Shown in pieces: positions 1 through 11,200 of a stretch of 64,000 bases of DNA. The position numbers and the translations under genes were made by a program. Where the stretch lies: positions 1 through 64,000 of the forward strand of contig KZ538064.1 in the NCBI GenBank assembly GCA_000934665.2, written 5' to 3'. The stretch's first letter is position 1. Every line of letters starts with the position of its first letter. The DNA comes from Catajapyx aquilonaris. Its lineage: Eukaryota. A model generated the notes under the pieces. That model was not told the origin of the DNA. It saw nothing but the letters and a program-made list of their open reading frames with translations, and searched no databases.

Positions 1-160
1 ATGGCAAGAAATTTATATTAACAAAAAATGTATTTGAAATGTATTTACGAAAGTATTTAAATACTTTTGATGTATTTAGTATTTAGTATCTAATTACATT
101 TTTATGCAGTAGTTAGTATTTAGTATTTAATTACATTCAAGTATTTAGTGCCCATCCCTG
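1..160. mobile_element. One end of a non-autonomous hAT-like DNA transposon (MITE), truncated by the window edge
   Basis: Clustered GTATTT motifs and an 18-bp palindrome AAAGTATTTAAATACTTT (50-67). The block ends in GCCCATCCCTG at 160 (CAGGGATGGGC on the other strand), which resembles a hAT-type CAGGG terminus. The partner terminal inverted repeat (TIR) and TSD are not in the window. Confidence 0.45.
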
Positions 161-236
161 TATTCGCCCTCTGTCCCCTGCGCTACTAAAATCAGGGTTT
201 GTACAAGTAACTGGAACATTGGAGCATAGCCCCAAG

Positions 237-1395
237 ATTGATAGGTACAGATATTTACATTTCAATTGTTAAAGCAACAACCGTATAAAGCATAATTATA
301 CGATATACCTACCAGCTGTGTCCTTCTTTTTGAAGATTTGGAAATGGCCACACTATACCTGCTACAGAAGGCCTAAAAAGGGAAATGTCCACTAAAAGAA
401 AATAATAATAGATTCCGACACATGAAGAGCATCGACTCTCGCACTCGTCAAAAACAAAACAAAAAAGGATAAGAAACTGCGTATGTTCACAAATTATTCC
501 GTCTGCATTACACCACCACCATCATCATCACAAGATGTTATACTCTCGAACTGATACTTCAAGGGGCACTCTCTCAAAAGCAACGTGTATCCATGGTACA
601 CAGCGTTGCAATTTTCTTTAAATGCACATTGTGTACTGCCTTATGTGCATTAATTAGTACAATAATGCGCAGTACACAAGTTGCTGTGTATACCATGCAT
701 ACACATTGTTTTTAGAGCACTTAAAACTAGTGATAGGTAAAATCCTGCTCTATTGAAAAAATACTTGTGGATCGCTGCGAGAGCCAATAAATGATTGAAA
801 TGAAGAAATATGAAGAATAAGATAACTAACTCTGCTCGAGTATATGTGCAGGAAGCGCTCACCTATACAATCCTGTAGTGTTGACGAGTACAAAATGAAG
901 GACTAAAAATTGTCAAAAAAAATTTTATCTAAAAATATGAACGTGGATCAGTTAAAACATAATAACTTAATAATGCTGACTGTTTGAAACATTTATTATG
1001 CACATTTTAATGGGAGGTTCATTGCTACAATATTAAGCATTTCGAATGGTTCAACGAGATTGATAGTATCTGATGCATGTGTGAACTGGGTTGTCTGAAA
1101 ATCAGATATGACGCACATTTTCTAGATTCCAATCTTTTTGCCATTATTAGCTCAATATGAGCCACTAGATCAATGCAACACATGACAAACATCTACTGCA
1201 TATGCAGGTAATTAGCTAGTACTGTAATACAGGCCAATGTTTAACTCGAACGAATACTTGAGTAACGGATTTTAATGTTTAGAGGCAATCACATGCTACA
1301 AAATTGAAGCCCTTTTCATTCTAAATTTCCTTAATAATTATTATACTGTACTTGCCTCCCTGAAGACCTGGCCAACCTCCCTCTGCACACCGTAA
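237..1395 (+). pseudogene. Decayed Mutator-like (MULE/MuDR-type) DDE transposase with SWIM zinc-finger remnant
   Basis: Manual translation gives these peptides in one frame despite many stops: IDRYRYL (237), NYTIYLPAV..IWKW (294-347), VILSN*YFKG...VYP (537-593), HIV, LKKYLWIAARA (753-785), NNADCL (969) and EWFNE (1044). After a frameshift comes SNGF*CLEAITCYKIEAL..NFLNNYYTVLASLKTW (1261-1371). The order matches my recollection of the MuDR consensus: IDGTFL, WxWF, SDRxKG..VFP, CxxH, LWxAARA, TNNxAES, WF, CxC..IPCxH, YYT..TY. Confidence 0.5.
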
Positions 1396-1973
1396 TGACT
1401 TGTAACTGACCTGGAATCTCAACGAGGAAGAATTTATTGAGGGATAATTAAGGTTCATTATTAGCAAGCTTGTTTTTGTTTTTTCCGATCCACAGATATG
1501 GGCACAACACGCATTATATGAAAAAAGTTAATCTGCATAATCGCACATAGATGTAGATTCTGCTAGGTATGACGGTGATGACGGGGATGATGGTGCTGCA
1601 ATATTCCTTCGAGTGTTCTTCTCTGCATTAGTTTTGCTCCTCCTCCAGGCGGTTCATGTGAACAGGAGCTGTGTCCTGCATCTGAGGAAGAGAACAGATA
1701 GATGTGAAACTATTGGCCATCACTCACTTTATAGAGACAGAGACATTAAATAGGACGTATGCAATAGTAGATTCGGTTATGATGAAGTAAAAGGACGTAT
1801 TTATGAGTATAATATTGGTCATTGTACACAGCCTATATATAAGAGCATCTATGCCCTTCTTTTTTGGAGATTGGGAAAATGGTGTCACCCTACATGAAAT
1901 TATGTTCAATATTATGTGTTATGAACATGTTCATAGGTCCCCTCGTAATGAAGCAATATAACTCCTACGAAGT

Positions 1974-2015
1974 GGGGATGTAACTCAGTCCTGGGTTCGA
2001 TCCCCGGCACCTTCA
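1974..2015 (+). pseudogene. Internally deleted tRNA-Ala-derived relic (tRNA pseudogene or SINE head)
   Basis: GGGGATGTAACTCAG-TCCTGGGTTCGATCCCCGGCACCTTCA matches the 5' end (GGGGATGTAGCTCAG) and the T-arm/3' end (TCCCGGGTTCGATCCCCGGCATCTCCA) of metazoan tRNA-Ala. The rest of the D-arm and the anticodon arm are missing. A T-rich tract follows. Confidence 0.65.
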
Positions 2016-2224
2016 TTATTTTCTTCTATTTTCGAGTGTCTTTTTTTCCCTTCCTGCGCTACCTCTTACAGGTTATTCAACTTGTCATTTCTATGTTGTA
2101 AGTACCAGGGAGTACCTAAGGAGTACCAAAGTGTATCACTGCCGATTGTCTGCAGGTGTACAACTGTACACCGGAGTACCGAAGTGAGTACCCCCTTGTG
2201 CCAGGGAATTAGAATGCAAGGCAG

Positions 2225-2531
2225 CAAAATATCAATTTTTGACCTTTTGACCACCGTATCTCATGAATTCTCGAGAACTAGGGTTTTTCTGGAAAGATGC
2301 TTCCTTCCTAGCAGATAAAGAACCAGAAAAACACATTTTGAACTTGAACATCACATAGAAATAATTCGCGATGTTCCCTTGCATGGCCATCATATATGAC
2401 CATCTCCGTATCTTCTAAACTATATAGAGCTAAACGACAAATTTTATTGTCATTTTTGTGTTCAGCATGTCGAAATAATTAGTCAAGATTGACTATTTTC
2501 ATTCGAGAAATTTTTTGCGTGTTGTCCAGTG
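2225..2531. mobile_element. Truncated DNA-transposon end, possibly Chapaev/CMC-type
   Basis: AT-rich block ending GTTGTCCAGTG (CACTGGACAAC on the other strand), with the subterminal segment TTTTTGTGTTCAGCATGTCGAAATAATTAG that resembles CACTG-terminated elements. No partner TIR was found and the left boundary is approximate. Confidence 0.3.
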
Positions 2532-5240
2532 TATTCGGAGACATGTAAATGGAGATACTCAAATCTCTCCAAGAAATTAGTCTAGTTTTTTTTGTACGCT
2601 TCAGTATCTTTGTGGGATAATGCAGATATGTCTCGAAATATTTCGCACTCCTGTCATACCACGCACATGACTCTCATTTTGGGCAGATAAACACGTCAAC
2701 TCAATCAAACAGTGTTGAAAATAACCCAATATGTCTTGATTCGTTTTCCAGCTGAACTTCGGCTTAATTGACAGCGTTTAGAAAAACACATTAAGATATC
2801 ACTGCTATGCGATGAACTCTACGTGATTCGGTACACATATTACCGGCCTTCTGGGCAGTAGTATATCTTTCAAAAAATACTCCGACACCTTTTATGACTC
2901 TATAAAGTACGGTATTCCACGGAGAAGGCAATTTATAAGGTAAATAACTCCACTAGTGCATATACGCAATTCGAAATCGATTCAGTGGGGGTCCCATCTG
3001 ACCCAGCCATTGCGTCACGCCGCTTCTTTTGCTCATAAAATTAGGCGTGCCAATAAATCATGGGCAACTCCCCTCCCCTCCCCCTCCTCCCTTCCCACCC
3101 CAAACTCCCATTGCTGATCGAGTGGTTCCCGAGATGGAAGGCATTTCACAAACTGCCTCTCCTGTAAGAAAATGGCTTTCATTTTAAAGTGTTGCCGGCA
3201 GGAAATCAATGGCGCGGTGCAGATGTCTTTTATGAGGAGAAGTAAGGCTTTCTTTTTCTCTACCTAGACCCCCCCCCCCTCCCCCAGACCTCCACAAGGC
3301 TGATGAGGTGATCCTTTGTTGGTCAGGAGTGTGTAGAATAGCCGAGTGTATATGCATGCAGGTTGGAGCACTGCTGCCCACAGTCCAACAATAGAGGCGG
3401 AAGAAAAGCTGCGGATTGTCCACTCCGCCAAGCAGCTCTTGAAGGAGTTCATTTGGGATTTAAAAATTCGCACAAGTTCCTCATACAAGATTCCTTGCAC
3501 TATCCGGAACAGCACCGTCTCTCCTAGTCACACAGGATATCTTTTTTCATATTTTTTCAGTGGGCCCCAGTGCTTGGTGATGAATATGCAGACAAGTACT
3601 GTACCATAATACTGTTCCAATAATTTCTGTTCCCTACTGAATAAAGCACACCTCATATAGTGCAGGTCCTCCGTACGCAGAATAAAATCCCGACATTACC
3701 TTTAGTGAAACGAGATGTTCTGCTCTCATAATAAAGGCCCTGTTCTCACGATGTGCATTCCAGAATTGGGGTGTTCAGACCAAGGTTTCATGCCTGTTCC
3801 ACATGTCCGCAAAAGAGCAACCTGCTCCAATAATAACTACCCAAAAATTAACAGTAATATTCAGAGGCAACGTAAACAGGTCCGGTAACATTGAGATGAA
3901 AATTTATTGCAATACATATTTAGTTGTTTCCATGCGACACGGGTCTCGCATTTTGACAACATTTACGACACCATGTGAAAAGCATTCATAAGGATTTAGG
4001 TATCAGATAACTGCGCTGTCCATTACATCAATTTACACCAGTTTGCACGGGTGGTTTAATGCAAATATTGTAATTTCTAGATGGAAAAAAGGGGTAGATC
4101 TGAAATTAATTATTTTCTGGCTCGATCCTGAGATCCGTAGTCCACAGGTCGTTTATGGAGAAACAAGGTTTCTCCAGCTTTAAACTTTTACATACAAAAA
4201 AAAGAGGCGAACGCACATACATATTGATCCAATCCCAAACCTACGCGGTTTCCAATTCGACTAACAGTATCCGCCAGAACCTCACATTACCTTGAGGTAA
4301 TTGTATCCCGGAGAGGGGGAGGGGGTGGCAGGCAGGGGAGGGGGGGGGGGAAATTGCAAGCTGGGTAACTAAATGGAACTGTCGGCTCCTTAACGGGCCA
4401 GCGGGGAATCTCCGCAGTGGTGAGGGAAAGAAGAAGAAGAAAAAAAGGGGCATCTCCTCCTTCGCACCCCCTTTTTTTACCACCCCCAAAAAATGAGGAT
4501 GGCCAGCCAAACTAATTTAGTAGGGCGAGGGAAGAGTCACAGCGGTCTATGCAATAAGAAACAGTAACCGTAATGAGTCCTCGGAGATCAATGTAACACT
4601 TTCCCAGTTCCCATTTGAACCGTCCCGGCACACACTCTCTCTCTCTCACTACTATCTTACGCTTACGTCACACGCTGCTGGCTCTTGGGCAATGTCAGAA
4701 CCAGGTTTTAATGGGAAAGGCTTCCAGGGAGTGTGAAAATTTGCATTCTCTCGGGCCTCCCAGCTGTGGGTTGCAGGCTCGATGCAAAGGTGGAAAGGAC
4801 AATTTTATTGTCACACGATCACACCTCCAGCTCTTTGAGCGGAAAAAAAGTAATAACTTGGCCGGCAGGAAATTAACGCAAAAAAAAAAAGAATTTGAAG
4901 GCAAGCACGACCCCCCAAGTGTCAAGCGAGAAAGACAAAGAGACTTTTCTGTCGAAAAAAGTTATTTCAGTCTTTTTTTCCCTCCCCCCACCCCGCCGCC
5001 TACTTTAATTTGTCTGTGTCGGTCCCCTCGGAAATGAGCTGAGCTGGAATTGAAAAGAGCTGGAGAAATAGAAGGAAGGAGGAGGAGGAATGGACCACAG
5101 AAGGGCTGGAAGGTGTTAATGTGCTAATTCTGCAGTCTCGGACATGGGAACAGCTGCTCTAGTTCGCTCTGATTGGGAAAAAGGGAGAGAGAAAAAAAAG
5201 TGCCCCAGATTTCGCACTAGCTGTCTTCCTGATTTTTGTA

Positions 5241-5300
5241 CAGGGTGGTGCATATCCCAAGTTCACAGTTCAAGAAGCTGTGGATCGTTCTTCCTAGCAA
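5241..5300 (+). mobile_element. 5' fragment of a TA-CAGGGTG Tc1/mariner-type MITE
   Basis: TA|CAGGGTGGTGCATATCCCAA...AAGA...TGTGGATCGTTC...AGCAA aligns by eye with the start of the element at 48468. No matching right TIR was seen. Confidence 0.45.
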
Positions 5301-6258
5301 AACGATTTAACACCGAAGCAACTACAAAGGGAAATGTAAACAATACAAATATTATTTCGAGCGGGTTTCTGCTTGTTTTTACTGGAACTCAGCATAGAAA
5401 TAGCACCTATACTCCTTTTTGGTGCAAAATCGCCCACGATTGAATCAATAAATAGGTTCAAAAATAACTCTTCGGCAAATTTTAGCTTCATATAATCTAA
5501 CAGGCGGGATATTTACATTCAGAGTAGTTACAGAGTCAACTTTCTGCCATAGCATGTGGTGTGATTTAAATAGAAAAGGAACTCAAAATATTCTATGAAG
5601 TAATGTGAATTTGAAGGTTGTTTATGAAGCTATTTTTTGTATAAATAATTGCGTCAGAGAGCATGTACTCTGCTTTCAAAGATAAACTATTTAACCCCTG
5701 GTCTTTTTTTCTTTGCACAGTGACCTGACCCCCCCTCTTTTCCAGCAATGAAACGGAGATTCGCAATTTACCGAGGCACAGTGAAGTGCATTAAAAATTT
5801 AACGCGGCGTTAGAATTTATGATGAGTACTAATATTTCCCCTCAGTTGGAAATTGCGGCGATTTTTATTTCCCAGGAGCAGATTGAATTTTTGAGAGGAC
5901 CCAGGACACACAATAGTAAATGCGAAGGTTAATTAATATTTGCATACCTGAGTTAGGCGTCAACCCTCATTTTCCTTCAGGTTATACTGGTGCTGGGGTG
6001 GTTAAAAACTAATTTTAAGCTTTCACTGCGGCCTTTAAAAGTCGCTCTACCTTTTTGTGTGTGTGTGGGGGGGAACAAGCGGTCTCCAAGTGTGCAAAAG
6101 TGAAATATTGCATGTTAACATTGGGATTTTGATTACCCCCGCGGCTAAATGCTCCAGAGACTCTAGTTGAAGTCCCGCTCACCTGGATATGTAACGAGTG
6201 GTTGTTACATAACACATGGCACCCCAAAATTGCTGCCCATGGGTGTTGGCACCACTAC

Positions 6259-6333
6259 TGGTCGCATGATCAGCCAATCAGGAGCTTTCAAAAATATTAA
6301 AATCGGCCATTAGGATTGGCTGATTCACGACCA
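6259..6333. repeat. Imperfect inverted repeat carrying opposed CCAAT boxes (probable MITE remnant)
   Basis: TGGTCGCATGATCAGCCAATC (6259-6279) pairs with GATTGGCTGATTCACGACCA (6314-6333). Confidence 0.5.
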
Positions 6334-6549
6334 AGCAGTGTTACCAATGTGGTTGTTGAAATATAAAATTAATTTCAGCGGAACTTCCGCAGACGTGTTA
6401 ACTTATTGTAATTAACCTCTAGTCCGACCAAACTGACGTCTCGCTATTAACATGATCTTGCGAGGAAAATATTTAAATGATAAGTAATAATATTAATAAT
6501 TAAATAAATACAACAATATCTAAAGGTGTACGCCATCCGCAAGCCAAAG

Positions 6550-6888
6550 CAGGGAGCATAATATTATACTACATAAGAGGCGCAAACTTCTGTCGGCGCC
6601 TTTGATGTTCGCGTCTCTCTGTTTGGGGCTGTTGCCAAGGCTGGCAGCCATCTTGAAGTGTGGGGAACGCCAACGAGGTATAAATAGGGTACAGGCAAAA
6701 ATATGGTCCGACATCTTTGATGGTTTTGGCGGCGAATTAAAGATGGCGGACCATATTTTTGCCTGTACCCTATTTATACCTCGTTGGCGTTCCCCACACT
6801 TCAAAATGGCCGCCAGCCTTGGCAACGCCCCAAACAGAGAGACGCGGAAATCGAATGTTTGCGCCTCTTATGTAGTTTATGCTCCCTG
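6550..6888. mobile_element. 339-bp fold-back (palindromic) MITE with 7-bp TSD; P-superfamily-like by CA..TG ends and TSD length
   Basis: Termini are CAGGGAGCATAA / TTATGCTCCCTG. The outer arms (6550-6587, 6857-6888) match apart from a 6-nt indel. The inner arms (6610-6718, 6739-6846) differ by 3 substitutions and 1 indel, around a 20-nt spacer. GCCAAAG lies directly on both sides (6543-6549 and 6889-6895). Confidence 0.9.
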
Positions 6889-7842
6889 GCCAAAGTCCCC
6901 CCCTTAATAAACTGACAGGTCCGAAAATTGCCAATCGAGCCCTCCAAAAATTCTGTCTGATGGGCACTTCCAAGTTTATGGCCCACAATTGCAAAACCAA
7001 CTTATCGGAGGGGTGTCATATTGCTCACATGTAAATCGCTTCATTTACTATCTTCGCATAAAGCCCTGGGCCTCTCTAAATATATTGCGCATCCGGCCCA
7101 ATCTGCCAGTCATTCAGAGGGGGAAGATATATGGCCGGACCACCACAGCACGGGCCTGTCCACCATGCCTGTACGACCAATAAAAAATAATAAAGTGAGG
7201 GTGGGGTTAGAGCGTGTGCTGCTCCAAACGTCCTTTTTTGAGGGAGGCCAAAATTCCTCTCCCGGATATATACCTTATTTTGGGAGGCTGTCACCACCTG
7301 TTGGAAGAGGAGGGTTGTCCTCATCATTGGGAGGCTTCCAGGGTAATGTGGAAGTGTGATATATTATTTACTTCCTGGACCTGTGTGGGTTGATATTAGG
7401 CCGGAATTGCGTTGCGTTTTAATTCCTGTTGCCGAATAATAAGGCACACAGGATGTTGGCTGATAAAGTGAGGCTTTTTAGGCGGTGTCGATGATGGTAG
7501 GTGGATGCATTTATGTAAACCGAACCTGGTGCACAAGCACAAAGCAAATTCCGGTGCACTTGACACTATGAACGTTCGTGTTGCTCCAATTCCGATGCAG
7601 TCAGGTAGTACAAATCGACGGCCACTCAGACTCCGCTCGTGTCAATATAAAAGCAGAGCTCACCTGTCCAGCACGCAACACCTAACTTTAAAAAATTCAT
7701 TTCCACCCCTTTTGTTCAGGTGATGTACAGCGTAATTATGAAACTGGTTTCATAACATCAGTATAGTTTATTTTTACAAGGAACATGTAATTAGCATTCT
7801 CTCTTGCATAATTATGAGAGCATATTGTCGAATCCAGAATTA

Positions 7843-7980
7843 TTAATGATTGCACAAGTGACGTATTGTTATGGAATATCAGGCGCAACGAATATAAGCA
7901 TTATTCTTACAAACAATGCACTCGTTCTCATTATGCCGTTGTTTTACCCTGTCAGCACAAATTCGGCTGCATGTAACAAA
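7843..7980 (-). pseudogene. Possible relic of a Cys-rich transposase C-terminus
   Basis: The minus strand reads FVTCSRICADRVKQRHNENECIVCKNNAYIRCA*YSITIRHLCNH*. This resembles the CxxC..FIRCxWC..LCxxH tail of some pogo/Tc1-like transposases. It lies in an AT-rich block. Confidence 0.22.
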
Positions 7981-8224
7981 AAATTATATTCCTGTCCGAT
8001 TAGTGTTAAGAACAATTTTGAACTACTGCTAATGTCAGCGTCCATTCACGTTTTGTGTGCGCACATGTCCAACCTACCATTTGCCATAATTATTAATCTG
8101 TTGGTAATGAGCGTACCGTATAGGATTGCAGGTCACAGTAATTATTGCTAACCAATGCAGTTGCAAACGTCGTCGGTCCATTCTATTCATGTAATGTGGT
8201 ACGCACTGCGGTCAAAACTGACAG

Positions 8225-8283
8225 TGACACACTCTGCTCGGCAAACCTCTAAGGCTTAGAGGTTTGCCGAGCAGAGTGTGTCA
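8225..8283. repeat. Perfect 59-bp palindrome (29-bp arms, 1-nt spacer)
   Basis: TGACACACTCTGCTCGGCAAACCTCTAAG-G-CTTAGAGGTTTGCCGAGCAGAGTGTGTCA, with no mismatches. Confidence 0.92.
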
Positions 8284-11200
8284 AGCAATACCGTTAATGG
8301 ATAAAAATGACACTAGGAATTGATAGTGTTTTGATCCCCAGGTAATGCAGGCTCAGAAGATGCAAAGAACAAAGGCTCTGGAGGTTGTCTAGAGGAGGGG
8401 ACAAATTGCCGCAGGATTTTGGTAAATTCAGGGAGGGTTTGCTGCGGTGAGGTGATTCACTGCTTCACTACCGTTTAATATACCAGAGTTCACTTTTCCA
8501 GAACCCATTGTGAAGAATCCACTTTGAAAAACATGTGGCCTGTGGTTCAAATTATTATACGATACCAAATTTTGGCAGAGACAAAGACACCAAGTGCTGA
8601 TTGGCACCAAAACGGTTGGCTCCAAAAACACCGCCATAAATCTTCAAACTCATTAAACATCCCACGTTAGTTAGCACATTCGAGACTCGCATTTCTACAG
8701 ACTCTCTTTAACTTCTTGGCTTTTCACATGACACTCTTTAAACAGGGGGCATTTTTTTTCTGCGCATAGATAACTTTTGCGGCGGTACAAGTTTTAGAGG
8801 GTGCCCGTGGGAATTGGCATCATTAATTTGGTTCCCTCAACGCCTCCTTCCGCACTTTTAGAGTCGAAGAAAAAGAGGGCGCGCTAGGGGAAGGGTGAAA
8901 AAAAAGGCGAGCAGTGAATTCGACTTGCTGTCCAATCCAACGCTCCCTCGTTAATTTCCGGAAAAGAAATTGGCCAACCCACTTCGACCAACATCCACAA
9001 GAGATCTCTTTTAACGTGGCCCCCCACCTCCGCACACCCCCACTTTCAGGGGAGGGCGAAACGGGGCAGAGGAATCATTTGTGGACTGCCGAAAATGCTT
9101 CGGCCGGAAAACTCGAAAAGTGACCCTATAGGAACCTGATTCAGATCGATCTCGGCCTCTCTTTTTTTCTTCTTCTTCGCCCCGACTCTGACCCCCCCAA
9201 TGGTCCCTTGTCACGGCGCTTATCGCACTTTCTGCTGCCAATCCGAGTATTTTTCACCCAAATTCACTTACCCTCCCACCCCCCTCTTTAGAGTGCAGCA
9301 AAAAAATATATTGAATCCCACCGTGCGCAGACTATTATTTATGGGCACGAGATAGCCCCTGATATGCCAGTGGTAATCATGGTCTGCTCGTACTCTAGAG
9401 ATTCTGAGATTCCGGAATAAAGTACTGATTTCAACTGCACGTATACCATACTTTTACAGAGATTTTGGCGCATAAAGTGCAAAGCAAATCATGATTAATG
9501 GCTGGTTTCACCTATCAGGTTCGAGTTTCTGTTCCGGAAAATTCTTACTTTTGATTGTTGTCGACAATGGTTCCTATGCCAATTTTTCCGTTATAACCGA
9601 TTTAACCTAACAAATTCATTTCCGGGAGAGAAATACAAGAGAAGCGTTGTTGCAATAATACTAACTTTGACCTATTCTTTGCAAGCACCTGCTGGCAGTG
9701 TACTGCATGCAACCAGAAAATTTTCCTGGAAAACCCCCTGGTCTCTGATACCCGTTGTCAAATTGGCGGTGAACCGACCTGCACGTCATCCCTTCTGTTT
9801 GATTCGCCAGGACTGTTATATGTGCCCGGAGGGAACAGGGGAGGGGGAAAAATTGTGACAGAAGTGACTGGACATCGCAACAAAAATGAGCCCTAATTGT
9901 GCAATTCCCTGGCACAGGGGAGGGTAATTAGCCACTAAGGACATGACTGCACGTCCGTTAATTAATAAAACGTGAGACAGCTGTTCCCCTTCAGTGCATT
10001 TTACATGTATGGACGGAAATTGTATCGATCACGCATGATGGTGTCCGGCTCTCCTCCCGCATTTTTAAACCCCTTATTTATTTCCCAGCATGTGTGTAGC
10101 TATAGGCCCCACACACCCAAAAATGATGATGAGGGTTGACCTCCATTAGCGCATGCATTTTGCATTCATCTCCACTTAATGCAGCCCATTTGGTTGCATA
10201 GACCTTCGCGTGTGCGGGGCCAAAGGTTTCGCCAGGTGCTGCATTTCTGACCCACCCTCGACACGCAACTTCTGCATCCCGCAAAAATAACATGGGGGAA
10301 AAAAAAGCAACAATTGTGTTCCAACACACGTCTGGAGCATGGGCGGTTCTTATTATTGTCCATTTTTTGCCGTATCGGTTCGTCCCGCAAATAGTTGGCC
10401 CTTCGGACCACACTGGCAAAAGTTTGGCAGTTTGTAAAAAAAAAGTGGTGGGTGAAAAAGAGTGAGGCAAAGTCACGTAGCAAATCCGTTCCCGATACGC
10501 GTCGACGATCGCCTGATAGATTACAAGGCTTCAGTGTCCCTGCTCTTTTTTCCCCCCCGCCTTATTCTCCTCCTTAAAAAATTTTTTTTGAGGGAAAAAG
10601 GTTGCTTGAACGGATAACAACGTGACTATCACCTTTAACATGGGAGGTGCAAATGTTTTTTGTAAGTTTATTCAGGGTGCTCCAATATTTTTATTTGGCA
10701 TAATGCTGCTGACATGAGACCATCCGTACCAAGAACTGGGTGATGACAATGGGAATCCCCCAGGAAACCCCCCGTTTTCGAATGAGCATGCAAGGGCGTG
10801 GAACAAGCAGTGTTTTTTGGTGTCAGAATTGGAGGAAATGCGATCCTTATCTGGCAGGAATTGGGGTGTGGATGCGTGTTAAAATATTCAGTCCTGGCCC
10901 CACCAGTTTCCTGCTGGAGGGCGGGTGTCTTAATTCCTCAGGCCTTTAAAGAGGGAGTGGCTCTTTGCCCGGCTCGCAAATAAGATCATCAAGGAGAAAG
11001 GAGGAGGGAGGAGGAGGAGGTTGCAAAATGAATGGCGTGTGCCTTTCCCTCCACTGCCAACAAAGTGACTATTTCCACCCCCTCTGTCCTAACACATCCA
11101 GCGACTAATTACAAACTCCACTTTAGAGAAGAGAGGAGCAAAATCACTTCAAAAGCCCTGAATTAATTACAATTGGCAGAGACCCAGAGCCTCTTCTCTA

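Noticed and set aside
6520..6907. Two 101-aa ORFs on opposite strands with near-identical peptides
   Set aside because: An artefact of the palindromic MITE, with no protein motif.
9500..9514. GGCTGGTTTCACC resembling a Harbinger TIR
   Set aside because: No partner TIR or TSD was found.
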